Shown here piece by piece: positions 1-9,364 of a stretch of 64,000 bases of DNA. Source of the DNA: Candidatus Saccharimonadota bacterium (GTDB taxonomy: Bacteria > Patescibacteriota > Saccharimonadia > Saccharimonadales > VXPC01). The stretch lies in contig JAPOWB010000003.1 of assembly GCA_026707815.1 (NCBI GenBank), positions 67,380-131,379 on the forward strand, written 5' to 3'. A model generated the notes under the pieces. The model made no database searches, was not told where the DNA came from, and was given only the letters and a program-made list of their open reading frames with translations. Numbering within the stretch: position 1 is the first letter of the stretch; each line of letters opens with the position of its first letter. The position numbers and the translations under genes were made by a program.

Positions 1-38
1 ATGTTGCCAGTGTCTTAAACAATGAAGTTGCTAGAGAA

Positions 39-1280
39 ATGATTGTCAAAACAGATAATTTATATACCCTAAAACAGCTGATAAGATTGAGTGGGCTAAC
101 TGATTATTTTGTGGAGAAGTTGATAGAGAAAAAATTTATTAAAGCCCTAAATTTAAATAACCAAGTTAGCTGTTATGATTCTCAAGCTGTAGATCAAGTC
201 ATAATGATGAAAATATTGGTAGACAAGGGCATCAGAACAGGGACTATTTTAAATATGATTGAAGATTCCGTTTTAGAGACGGCAATGCCTCAATTGCAAA
301 ACTTGCCCCAAGTTATTAGTCTATCGGAATTAGTGAGAGCTACTCAGACCGAGCCATACTACATTCGCAGATTATCGGAAAAGCAATTATTAACAGATCA
401 TATAGCAGATATTCATACTGATAAATATTATTTTAAATCCAGTATTGTCTTGGTTAAAAACATTAAATTTTTAACAGGGCAAGGAATCGGAATCAATCAA
501 ATCCGAAGCATGATTAATGAGTCAGATTCAAATTTACAATGCGAAGTGGCAATAACTATGCGGAAAAACCCTGTCAATTGTTTAACCTTAGATCAAATCA
601 GTCAAAAAACTAATATTAATCCAGGCCAATTGCAACGCTACTATACAGCCGGTCTACTGCCGACATTTTATTCCGGTGATAAAACACGATATTTCGAGCT
701 TCAATCGACTCTTGAAAGAATTGATATTATTCAACGACTATCAGCTAAAAAAATGAAATATGGAAGTATAAAAGCCATACTGAATAGTCCAGACATTCTA
801 GATAAAATTGATAACAATCAAATCCTCAATCTGGAAGAAATTGCTCATCTATCCAATCAAGCTGAAGGCACAGTTAGAATATGGACTAACGACGGTTTAA
901 TTAGCACTACTTCAGCATCCCCCAATTTAGGGTTTTGGTATGACAGAGAAGTTATTCAACGAATTAAGAATATTCAACAGCTTTTTCAACAAGACTGGAC
1001 AAAAAGAGAAGTCCTATCAGCTCTTGACACGCCAATATTTCCTTATTTAAAAAATAAGCGGGTTATACCCTTAAATAGATTACTTAAAATAACCACTGCT
1101 TCTCACTATGAAATTATTCAATGGACGCATCAAAAACTGCTGACCGTCCTTTATGTCGACCAAGACAATAATATTGCTTGGTATCCTCATCAAGCCATTG
1201 AACAAATAGCTAAAATTCAAGACTATATCAACCGAGGTCGGACAAATTCAGCTTGGGTTAAATCTCAATTATCTAAATAG
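39..1280 (+). CDS. Hypothetical DNA-binding protein made of five tandem MerR/excisionase-like HTH modules
   Basis: 413-aa ORF with five ~80-aa repeats. Each repeat opens with an HTH-like segment (LYTLKQLIRLSGLTDYFVEKL; ISLSELVRATQTEPYYIRRL; LTLDQISQKTNINPGQLQRYY; LNLEEIAHLSNQAEGTVRIW; IPLNRLLKITTASHYEIIQW), followed by an aromatic wing (Y/W-D/F) and a helix. Confidence 0.6.
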   Translation: MIVKTDNLYTLKQLIRLSGLTDYFVEKLIEKKFIKALNLNNQVSCYDSQAVDQVIMMKILVDKGIRTGTILNMIEDSVLETAMPQLQNLPQVISLSELVRATQTEPYYIRRLSEKQLLTDHIADIHTDKYYFKSSIVLVKNIKFLTGQGIGINQIRSMINESDSNLQCEVAITMRKNPVNCLTLDQISQKTNINPGQLQRYYTAGLLPTFYSGDKTRYFELQSTLERIDIIQRLSAKKMKYGSIKAILNSPDILDKIDNNQILNLEEIAHLSNQAEGTVRIWTNDGLISTTSASPNLGFWYDREVIQRIKNIQQLFQQDWTKREVLSALDTPIFPYLKNKRVIPLNRLLKITTASHYEIIQWTHQKLLTVLYVDQDNNIAWYPHQAIEQIAKIQDYINRGRTNSAWVKSQLSK

Positions 1281-1470
1281 CTCTTCTGCTAAGAATCATC
1301 TGGAGCTATCAAATAATCAGCAAGTAGTTAGCATACCCTTAGAATATTTTTTCTTGATGTAGTTGCTGATATTTTCAGAGAAAGAATTCTGATTAAATAT
1401 TCCGAATTACCTGTCTATTTGTATTAGTGCAAATATTGATATATCTCTAATCCGTTAACAGCCCTAAATC

Positions 1471-3333
1471 TTACTCTTTAAACTGTTGGATTAAATTTTT
1501 AAAATACTGCTGAGTTTGGATGTCGGTACAATAAATATAGCAACCCCTTTGACCTCGGGTCATAAGAGTCTTATAAGTGTTTTTAATAATGGTATCTAAT
1601 TGAGATAACGTTAATTGGGGATTATTTTCCATTTGTGATTTCCATCCTCGAATAGATCGATCATCTTTAGATCTTTTATCAGCTTGAGTGATTACCTGAT
1701 TGTTTCTAATAATCAAATCATCACCGATGATAACTCCAATATAATCGACTTCTAAACCTTGGCAAGTGTGAATACAACCCACTTCAGAAACTGAGTCAGA
1801 TTTTAGAATCCACAAATTTTTATCAATAGCCAAATTCCATCTAGCTTGATAATTGCCAATTTGAATATCGTAAAGTTCGGAATCAATTTTGCTTTGCCAA
1901 TCCCAACAAAAACCAGCTACCAAACGGGCTTTGTTGTGAGTATTTTTTGATTGAATTAAATTATGAAGAGTCTGAGGGTCATCAATAACTTGAAAATCAT
2001 AGTTTAAACTCAAAATTTTTAGATCTTCAGAAGATGATTTCATCTGCAAAATATCTTCCAACCAATCTAAGTAATTATTTGAACCGCCACATCTGAATTG
2101 AGAATTCAGCTCCAAAATATGAGTTTGAGCTTTAAATTTTTTCGCCCAATCCTGAATGGATTGAATATCTCCAATATCTCTGAGTTCTATTTTCTGATCT
2201 TCATCTATGAAGAAGATGGTAAATTTAGAAGCATTGATGATTTCCTTGATTTGATTTTCTCCCAAATGACCAAAAACTCCCGATTTTTCAGTCAATCTAT
2301 GAGCTTCGTCAACGATTAGAGCATCCAAATCATCAGTTTCTAAACGATGATAAGAACCTGCCCCCTTAAACAGCTCATTAACATAAGTCTTCTTAAAAGA
2401 ACCTGTTAATTTACTAAAATAGACATCCCTAGGAGCAGTATTTCTAGTTACATATTGACTATAGAGTTCCAATTCTTGAAATTTCACCAATAAATTAATA
2501 GCAATAACTGATTTTCCAGTCCCAGCCCCACCTTTAATGATTAAAACTTGTTTATTAGCAGTTTGGGATTTTAAAGCTAAGGCAATGGCTTGTTCAAAGA
2601 CTAATTTTTGCTCATCAATCATAAAAAACTCAGAATTACCCTGAAGCATTGAGTTTAATTTATCAACTAAATTCTTAGAGGGTTTTAAACGCCCTTCATC
2701 TATGCGATACATCAATTTATTGGCATCACCATACTTGATATGAGAAGTAATGAATGATCTTAATTTTAGAGCGTCAGGTTTTAAAAATAAGGGAGCTTTA
2801 TCAGTGTATATTTTATAAAAATCATTGTTTAAAATATTATCTGGAGCATAATTATGCAGATAGGCACAAGCAGTAATTAGAATTTGCTCTTGTTCGATGG
2901 TCTGATTATAGCTTTCCAATAATTCTTTGTAACCCAAAGCTTGATAAGATGGATGAGTGGTTTCTATTTTTCTACCCCTAAAATAAGTTGTGACAATTCC
3001 ATCTTTAGAGGTTGGCTCAGCTGCTGACCATTGCTTTAGCTCAACAATAATAATAGCCTCTTGGTAGTGTTCATTTCTGCCGGCAATAATAAAATCTATA
3101 CGTTTAGCTGATTGAGGAATATGATACTCAATGCAAATAGCCACGTCTTCTGAAATTTCAGCATCTTGCAAGACATTTTCCATGTAGCCCAAGGAATTCT
3201 GCCAAGTATCTATTTCAGTTTGAGCAATTGATCGACCCGTAGCTTCTTGGTAAGCCCGGTAAATGATATTGCCAATATCATTAGATAAAATATGATCTTG
3301 GAATTCTCTCAAAGTCTGGGAATAAACAATCAT
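1471..3333 (-). CDS. DUF2075-type P-loop ATPase/helicase-like protein with N-terminal PD-(D/E)xK-like nuclease region
   Basis: 620-aa ORF. It has Walker A GGAGTGKS, a Walker B-like VDEAHRL, and an N-terminal RIDFII...IIIVELKQW resembling a D...ExK nuclease core. The overall layout matches the DUF2075 family as I remember it. Confidence 0.8.
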   Translation of the reverse strand: MIVYSQTLREFQDHILSNDIGNIIYRAYQEATGRSIAQTEIDTWQNSLGYMENVLQDAEISEDVAICIEYHIPQSAKRIDFIIAGRNEHYQEAIIIVELKQWSAAEPTSKDGIVTTYFRGRKIETTHPSYQALGYKELLESYNQTIEQEQILITACAYLHNYAPDNILNNDFYKIYTDKAPLFLKPDALKLRSFITSHIKYGDANKLMYRIDEGRLKPSKNLVDKLNSMLQGNSEFFMIDEQKLVFEQAIALALKSQTANKQVLIIKGGAGTGKSVIAINLLVKFQELELYSQYVTRNTAPRDVYFSKLTGSFKKTYVNELFKGAGSYHRLETDDLDALIVDEAHRLTEKSGVFGHLGENQIKEIINASKFTIFFIDEDQKIELRDIGDIQSIQDWAKKFKAQTHILELNSQFRCGGSNNYLDWLEDILQMKSSSEDLKILSLNYDFQVIDDPQTLHNLIQSKNTHNKARLVAGFCWDWQSKIDSELYDIQIGNYQARWNLAIDKNLWILKSDSVSEVGCIHTCQGLEVDYIGVIIGDDLIIRNNQVITQADKRSKDDRSIRGWKSQMENNPQLTLSQLDTIIKNTYKTLMTRGQRGCYIYCTDIQTQQYFKNLIQQFKE

Positions 3334-3361
3334 GCTATCTATTCTACTGAAGGACTCAAGG

Positions 3362-4138
3362 TTATAGATTATTTTTTAATTTAACGAATAATTGCTGCCA
3401 CTGCTGGTCAGTTAAGTCTTCAGCCCGAACTCTTAAATCCAAAGATAAACTCCCCAGTAAATAATCAATTTCTTGGACTGTTAATTTCAAAGCGTGCTTT
3501 AAATTGCCTCTTAGCTGTTTGCGAGGATTGGCAAAACCAAACTTTAAGAGCTTAACAAATTGTCGCCAGACATCTAGCTCTAAGGTTTGGGATTTTAAGC
3601 CGAGATGAATAACTTGGGAATCTATTTGAGGCGGAGGCTGAAAAAAATGTGCTTGGACAACTTGAGCAGGACTGACTTCATACCAAGTCTGAACTAAAAC
3701 AGTCAATAATGAACGTTTTTGTAATTTGATTAATTTTTGAACAATCACTTGAGGAATTAATAAGACTGCTTGATTTGGCTTATTTTTAATATCTGTTAGC
3801 TGTCTAAATAAATTGGCAGTTAGATAATAAGGTATGTTGGCACAAATTTTATATGGATTGGGTAAACTATCCCATGAAAAATGGCGTATATCTCCTTGTC
3901 TTAAAATCAATTTGGCTTGATTGGAGTATTTGTTTTGATTCTTTAAATAAAGTTTATGGTCATATTCCAAAGAAATGACTGTAGCTTGAGTTTGCAACAA
4001 CTTGTCTGTTAGGTGACCTAAACCAGTGCCTATCTCAAAGACTGTTTCATGCGACTTGAGATCAATCTGAGTAATAATTTGATTCAAATGATTGTCGTCT
4101 ACCAACCAATGTTGACCTAGGATTGGTTTCTGAGACAT
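3362..4138 (-). CDS. rsmA: 16S rRNA (adenine1518/1519-N6)-dimethyltransferase
   Basis: GQHWLVD N-terminus, SAM-binding EIGTGLGHLT and an NIPYY motif, typical of KsgA/RsmA. Confidence 0.9.
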   Translation of the reverse strand: MSQKPILGQHWLVDDNHLNQIITQIDLKSHETVFEIGTGLGHLTDKLLQTQATVISLEYDHKLYLKNQNKYSNQAKLILRQGDIRHFSWDSLPNPYKICANIPYYLTANLFRQLTDIKNKPNQAVLLIPQVIVQKLIKLQKRSLLTVLVQTWYEVSPAQVVQAHFFQPPPQIDSQVIHLGLKSQTLELDVWRQFVKLLKFGFANPRKQLRGNLKHALKLTVQEIDYLLGSLSLDLRVRAEDLTDQQWQQLFVKLKNNL

Positions 4139-4144
4139 AAGTCA

Positions 4145-5353
4145 TTACCACCAATACTTGGTCTTCCAAGCTTCATAGGCTTTCTGCCAAGATTTATAAC
4201 GAGCTTTAGCATACCAATCACACCATTTAAGCTGAGTAACTGGATTAGTCATGTAATCAGATCCATGAGAACCCATTCTGTGAAATGGTAAAGCTTGGCA
4301 AAGTCCATAAGCACTGCTTCCCTGCTGATTCCATACCCAATATCGCCAACTGCTTTCTTTTTCAAGAATGTAATCGACATAAACCCAATCAACTGGATTA
4401 ATACCTGATGCTAAAAGCCATCTTTGATGCTGATCAGTTAGATTGGTAAGATCCAAATCAGTTGGCTGGTCAGATCTCTTAAGCAGAAGCCTATTTATTT
4501 CCTTTTGATGAATTAATTCTTGATTAATATTTGAAGTTACTAAATAAACCCTTTCTTGATCTATGAGATGGTTATTATCTATAAATTGATGGATTTCGGT
4601 TTTAATCTTTTGATTTGGCTGATTATAATACACAACTATTGTCTGATCAGGATTGGTCATCACTTCATCTAGTTGAGGATAAATGTAGGTAATGTTTTCA
4701 ATTGAATAACCTAAATCTAGCAAAATGTCTTCGACAACATCATATTCGGATAATTCTTGGCTCAATTGACCATTGATATTAATACTGTACTGATGATTAC
4801 GGGCAATACTCAGAGTTCTAGCCATCACTAATTGTTTGGTAATTTGGTAATCACCCCAAATTGCCTGGTCATAGGGACCTAATCTATAACCTAAATCTTC
4901 AACTACCTTGCGGGGATCGGTTTGAACAGTTACTATAGTGACAATTTCTTGATCCTTATCCAAAACTTGAACATAGTAACCTGTCTGGACAATAATTTCA
5001 AAATCATTATTTTGAATCGGAGTCTGTAAATCTGGAGTGACTACATCTAAATTACTCAGATGAATATTAAATTCCTCTAAAACTTCAGCTACAGTCTGAC
5101 TGTTGGTTACCACCTCTTGAATTTGATCATTGTAATGAATAACTCCTCGATGCAAATCTTCATAATTAACAGTTTGACCAATTACCCCCCAATAACTACC
5201 TATCAGCAACAAAACTCCAAAAGATAACAAAAGCCAAACTAAAAGACTAGTCTGTCCTATCTTCTTCTCGTAGAGGTGTTTGCAATTCTTAATTATCAGC
5301 TGGCTTTTATCTGTCATCCATCGGTGAGCCAGATCTAGCTTCTCTTTCTTCAC
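4145..5353 (-). CDS. Membrane-anchored cell-wall protein with C-terminal lytic-transglycosylase-like domain
   Basis: N-terminal TM helix, then beta-rich DUF348/G5-like repeats. The C-terminus EKESSWRY...GSSAYGLCQ fits the E-S...GA-YGL-Q transglycosylase signature. Confidence 0.55.
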   Translation of the reverse strand: MKKEKLDLAHRWMTDKSQLIIKNCKHLYEKKIGQTSLLVWLLLSFGVLLLIGSYWGVIGQTVNYEDLHRGVIHYNDQIQEVVTNSQTVAEVLEEFNIHLSNLDVVTPDLQTPIQNNDFEIIVQTGYYVQVLDKDQEIVTIVTVQTDPRKVVEDLGYRLGPYDQAIWGDYQITKQLVMARTLSIARNHQYSININGQLSQELSEYDVVEDILLDLGYSIENITYIYPQLDEVMTNPDQTIVVYYNQPNQKIKTEIHQFIDNNHLIDQERVYLVTSNINQELIHQKEINRLLLKRSDQPTDLDLTNLTDQHQRWLLASGINPVDWVYVDYILEKESSWRYWVWNQQGSSAYGLCQALPFHRMGSHGSDYMTNPVTQLKWCDWYAKARYKSWQKAYEAWKTKYWW

Positions 5354-5482
5354 TGTAACAGGCTACATTTTGACACATTTAATGGTAATTTACAATTCAG
5401 CGACTAGCTTAATGAGACTTATCATATCTGTTCTTAGTGTTAAATTCACTGTCTTAAATACCTGAAAATAAGATATGAGAAA

Positions 5483-6529
5483 CTAAGTGATTGGCTGATT
5501 CAAATCCAAATTATAATAACCCCGAATATTTGGCCAATCTTCTCTTAAAATCACATTAGGGTACAAAATAACTTGACCATCGATTAATTCTTCCTTAAAA
5601 AACAGAGTGATATCTTTAATATTTTGAAGCTGATTATCACCCTCGAAAGAAGCTCCCTTAATTAAAAAATCCACATACTCTGGTTTTACTCTTGGCAATT
5701 TCTGATAGATCTCAATTGATTGTTTTTCAAAACTTTGATCAGCAATCGATTGCAAAGCTAAACTTAAAGACTGAGCAATTAATTGAGCTGGTTTATGCCT
5801 TAGATAATCCCGATTAAAAAAACCAGCCTCCATTAAAACAGATGGAATATTCAAGCTGATAGCTAATTCACCAAACCCCCCTGCAACATATGTTTCGTTA
5901 AAAACTGCTAGATGAACGGGTTGATTGAAAGTTAAGCCCTCCTTAATAATCCCGACAATCTGCATAACAATTCTTCTGGTTTTATTCATAGATAGCTGTT
6001 GATCAAATGCTGGAGCCAAAAAAGCTAAGCTTGAAGGTTGACCATGTTCGCCTGCAGCATGGAAAGTCCGATGATCATGCAGACTGAAACAGTAATCAGG
6101 CTTATCATTTTTGAGGATCTCAGCTAAAGCTTGGCTTTCTGGCTGAGATAAATTCTTGGCATCATGATTTAAATCTAAATTATTAGCATTAGCTCGAGTA
6201 TAAGCCAAAGCCCCATCTGGATTCACCTGAGGTATAATCGAAAGCTTGAGATAATCCAATAAACCTGAGTCAGATACTAGAAGTTGATTGAGAAAAATTA
6301 ATAAGCCTCGAGTTGAAGTCGGCTCATGACCGTGAATTTGTGAATATAATAAAACACTAATCTGACCTTGACCCAGACTATACATGTGAATAGGTAAATC
6401 ATTGACAGATTTACCTATGACTTTCTGCTCGGGACAATATTTGGCATTGAGGTTTTTAAAATACTCAAAACTTTGGTCGATTTCTTGAGGTGGTAAATAT
6501 TTGTTATTGAAAGTATTGAAAGTCATCAC
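5483..6529 (-). CDS. M14-family zinc carboxypeptidase-like protein
   Basis: 348-aa ORF with an IHGHEPTS (HxxE) zinc site and a later SLHDH histidine. It sits next to other peptidoglycan peptidases. Confidence 0.65.
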   Translation of the reverse strand: MMTFNTFNNKYLPPQEIDQSFEYFKNLNAKYCPEQKVIGKSVNDLPIHMYSLGQGQISVLLYSQIHGHEPTSTRGLLIFLNQLLVSDSGLLDYLKLSIIPQVNPDGALAYTRANANNLDLNHDAKNLSQPESQALAEILKNDKPDYCFSLHDHRTFHAAGEHGQPSSLAFLAPAFDQQLSMNKTRRIVMQIVGIIKEGLTFNQPVHLAVFNETYVAGGFGELAISLNIPSVLMEAGFFNRDYLRHKPAQLIAQSLSLALQSIADQSFEKQSIEIYQKLPRVKPEYVDFLIKGASFEGDNQLQNIKDITLFFKEELIDGQVILYPNVILREDWPNIRGYYNLDLNQPIT

Positions 6530-6558
6530 AGAAGTAAACAGAAAAAATCACATAAAAT

Positions 6559-7236
6559 TTAAAGCATTGAAATAAGTGTTTGACGACCAACATAAACATA
6601 TTCCCAAGGCTCTGGATTTGGGCCACAATTCGTCAAATCAGCTGGATAACTGGGAATAAAACCAAACTTCTTAACCTTAGCATAGTTATCTGCTGACAAC
6701 CAAGCAAATGACGGGGTATTGATAAAGCTAGAGTCTTTAAATCTTTGACCATCCTGCAGATGAGTTATATCTATAACATAGCCAGTGTGATGCTTAGAAT
6801 ATCCAGGTGGAGCAACCCATCTTAAGCGACCTTTTAAGTTACTTTCATTCATTTCTACATTCTCCTCAACGAAGGGTCGCATGAAAATCTGTCGTTGATA
6901 CAAATGATCTCTAAAACCCTCAAAAATCTTCATTTCCAAACCTTCAGACCAAGCTTCAGCTTGCAAAGCGTGAAAAGCTTGAGCAACTAGAGGCTGATAT
7001 TTACAGCCATCTTCATCTTCGGCTAACAAACTTTCATCAGCGACAAAATTACGTCTAACGTAGCCTCGAGCTTCTGCCCAAACTCTAATCTTATTATCTA
7101 ATTCCAAATCTCCCGTTAAACTGAGATCTCGATTATCATTGATTGCTGATTCCAAGTTGGGTAACTGAGCTCGATCAAAAGACTGATCAAATTGCTCACC
7201 ACTGAAATGAGATTTTAATAACAAATCCTCAGACAT
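6559..7236 (-). CDS. M15B/VanY-like D-alanyl-D-alanine carboxypeptidase
   Basis: PGYSKHHTGYVIDI (SxHxxGxAxD-type motif) and a C-terminal EPWEY (ExWH-like). Confidence 0.7.
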   Translation of the reverse strand: MSEDLLLKSHFSGEQFDQSFDRAQLPNLESAINDNRDLSLTGDLELDNKIRVWAEARGYVRRNFVADESLLAEDEDGCKYQPLVAQAFHALQAEAWSEGLEMKIFEGFRDHLYQRQIFMRPFVEENVEMNESNLKGRLRWVAPPGYSKHHTGYVIDITHLQDGQRFKDSSFINTPSFAWLSADNYAKVKKFGFIPSYPADLTNCGPNPEPWEYVYVGRQTLISML

Positions 7237-7272
7237 ATTTTTATCTTGTTAATATATTAGATACTATATTAA

Positions 7273-7794
7273 CTATTTCTTGATTGATTGCAAAGATTGA
7301 AAATAACGCCTTAAGTAAATTAAGATCTCATTTAAAGGCTTGGAGAGATTGCGTTTAATATGCCAAGATTTCCAAGAAATCTGCAAAATCTCTCGGGGAT
7401 TTTTAGCATAATCAATTTCTTCTTTGGAGCAAAAATAAAGATAATAAACATGGCGACCAGAAGTTGACCAATTACGAACTCTTTGAATATATAACTCTTT
7501 TAAATTTTGGGGATTGATTTGAATATTGGTCTCTTCTTGAATTTCTCGACATACTGCTTGACGATGAGTCTCTCCCCTTTTAAGTCCTCCCCCCGGTAAT
7601 TTCCAAGCATAAAGCCCCAAAATTTGTCTCAGCAATAGGACTTGTTGCCTTTTTCTATCTATTAGCAAAACATAAGCTCGATTAGGATTGAGAGCTAATT
7701 TTAAAAATGGCACAATGATAACAAAAAATATATTGCCCAATAAAGCTCGAAAACCTAAGGCAAATTTACTAATAATTAATTGAAGTTTAAACAT
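7273..7794 (-). CDS. NUDIX hydrolase with N-terminal membrane segment
   Basis: Nudix box LPGGGLKRGETHRQAVCREIQEETNI. Confidence 0.85.
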   Translation of the reverse strand: MFKLQLIISKFALGFRALLGNIFFVIIVPFLKLALNPNRAYVLLIDRKRQQVLLLRQILGLYAWKLPGGGLKRGETHRQAVCREIQEETNIQINPQNLKELYIQRVRNWSTSGRHVYYLYFCSKEEIDYAKNPREILQISWKSWHIKRNLSKPLNEILIYLRRYFQSLQSIKK

Positions 7795-7840
7795 TTATCC
7801 TCTCTTTTTTTCGCTTTCTTCAAAAAGAAGTGCTTCTCAA

Positions 7841-8011
7841 TTAATCAAGCTGGAAGCCAGTCTGCTGAATATGATCATATTGTTGATGCAAAGTCTGCGT
7901 CTGGCTGAAAAGATATACTCCTGTAGCAATGATGCTAGCTAATAAAATAACAAAAACAATTATGCCTTTTCGTAAATCTTGGAGTTCGGAAGTTTTTAGT
8001 GGCTGTGACAT
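7841..8011 (-). CDS. Possible small membrane protein (56 aa)
   Basis: ATG-to-TAA ORF below the ORF-track cutoff: MSQPLKTSELQDLRKGIIVFVILLASIIATGVYLFSQ... It has one hydrophobic helix and fills an otherwise empty gap between two minus-strand genes. Confidence 0.3.
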   Translation of the reverse strand: MSQPLKTSELQDLRKGIIVFVILLASIIATGVYLFSQTQTLHQQYDHIQQTGFQLD

Positions 8012-8049
8012 GGACTCTTCTTTAAATTATTTTCTTTATTTATAATAGC

Positions 8050-9225
8050 TTATTTTCTTTTGGTTGGCTTGTTTTTCTTGGTCTGTTGTGATTTTGAATC
8101 TGTAGTTGGTGATTTTTGTTTGGGTCGATTACCAAGAACAAACTCTCCCTTATCTGATCGTCTGGAAACTGCTACTACCACTATAACGGCAAGCACTGTT
8201 AAAACTAATATAACAATAATTACCCCTGATGAATTATCATTATCTTCAAAATGAGCAGAAGATTGGGATTGAGGCATTTGATCCTCAACTGGTTGGGATG
8301 AAGATATTGGAGATGAAGTTTTATCATCTATAGCAGTTTTATCATTATCAACTAAGTCTGTTTGGGTTTTTTGTTGGTCAACCGTTGAGGCAGATTCTAA
8401 TCTCGACTCCTCGACTAAGTCTTGGATTTGGACAGCCTTAAAATGAAGTTTTTGTAAAGAAGCTCCTGATTGATCTTCAATAATTTCAAGAGCTCGAAAA
8501 CAATACCAAGAACCATTATCTTCAGCAGTTAATTGTCGCAGACTATTCCCGGTAAAGACTAATCCAGAGCGATTAAAAATTGATTGATTATCCTCCGAAC
8601 ATTCAGATTCAACATTAATGCGAGTGCCTGCCCAAGTCACTGGATTATCGCCAATCAAAGTAACCACTAATCTATCCCCTGATTGATTGGTGGTGATAAT
8701 AGCCTCTTCAATATCTTGCATTGACAGGTTCACTGGATAAGGTCGTTGTTCAACCAAGTCATCAGCTGGAACTTGGAATTTTAAATAGCCTTTATTACCT
8801 AAAACATCGCTGACTTTAAAGCAATACCATTGACTAACATAATCATGAGTGTTGAGATTTAAGAATCTATTAACTACGGAAGCTTGAGAATAACCAAGCT
8901 CTTTGGCTTGGCAATTAGTCTCTTGATCAACAGCAATAAATTGCCAACTTTGATGATTGATATCAATTGAAACTTCAGCTGATTCTTCTGAATAAGAGCT
9001 TTGAGCATTAAGGGTTATTTGCCCAGACTCATAATAAGCTTCAATTTGAATCGTAGCTGGAGCTTGCATCTGATTAACAGCTTCAATCGTAGTCTGAGCT
9101 GTGACAGTTTGGATTAAAATCAAGCTCCCAGACATGAATAGAACTAAGCTCATTATGAACCAAACACTAAGCTGAAAATTAATTAATAAATTTTTAAATT
9201 TAAACACTTTACAACGATACTTCAA
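8050..9225 (-). CDS. Secreted, C-terminally anchored surface protein with two Cys-pair repeat modules (small paralogue of the 50454 and 60051 genes)
   Basis: Has a signal/TM N-terminus. Two modules each carry an upstream Cys and a WYCF motif (ETNCQ...SQWYCFKVSDVLGN; ESECS...GSWYCFRALE). These are followed by a Ser/Gln-rich linker, a C-terminal TM helix and a Lys-rich tail. Confidence 0.7.
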   Translation of the reverse strand: MKYRCKVFKFKNLLINFQLSVWFIMSLVLFMSGSLILIQTVTAQTTIEAVNQMQAPATIQIEAYYESGQITLNAQSSYSEESAEVSIDINHQSWQFIAVDQETNCQAKELGYSQASVVNRFLNLNTHDYVSQWYCFKVSDVLGNKGYLKFQVPADDLVEQRPYPVNLSMQDIEEAIITTNQSGDRLVVTLIGDNPVTWAGTRINVESECSEDNQSIFNRSGLVFTGNSLRQLTAEDNGSWYCFRALEIIEDQSGASLQKLHFKAVQIQDLVEESRLESASTVDQQKTQTDLVDNDKTAIDDKTSSPISSSQPVEDQMPQSQSSAHFEDNDNSSGVIIVILVLTVLAVIVVVAVSRRSDKGEFVLGNRPKQKSPTTDSKSQQTKKNKPTKRK

Positions 9226-9364
9226 ACAACTAATAAATTACCATCCAACTCTAGTCAAAGTATACTGATAAAGAAAGATAATTACAAAAACTGACCACTT
9301 TAATTGGATGATATTCAACTAGGCTGACTCCAGTTGAAAAGTATTAAAATTAACTCACTTATCA

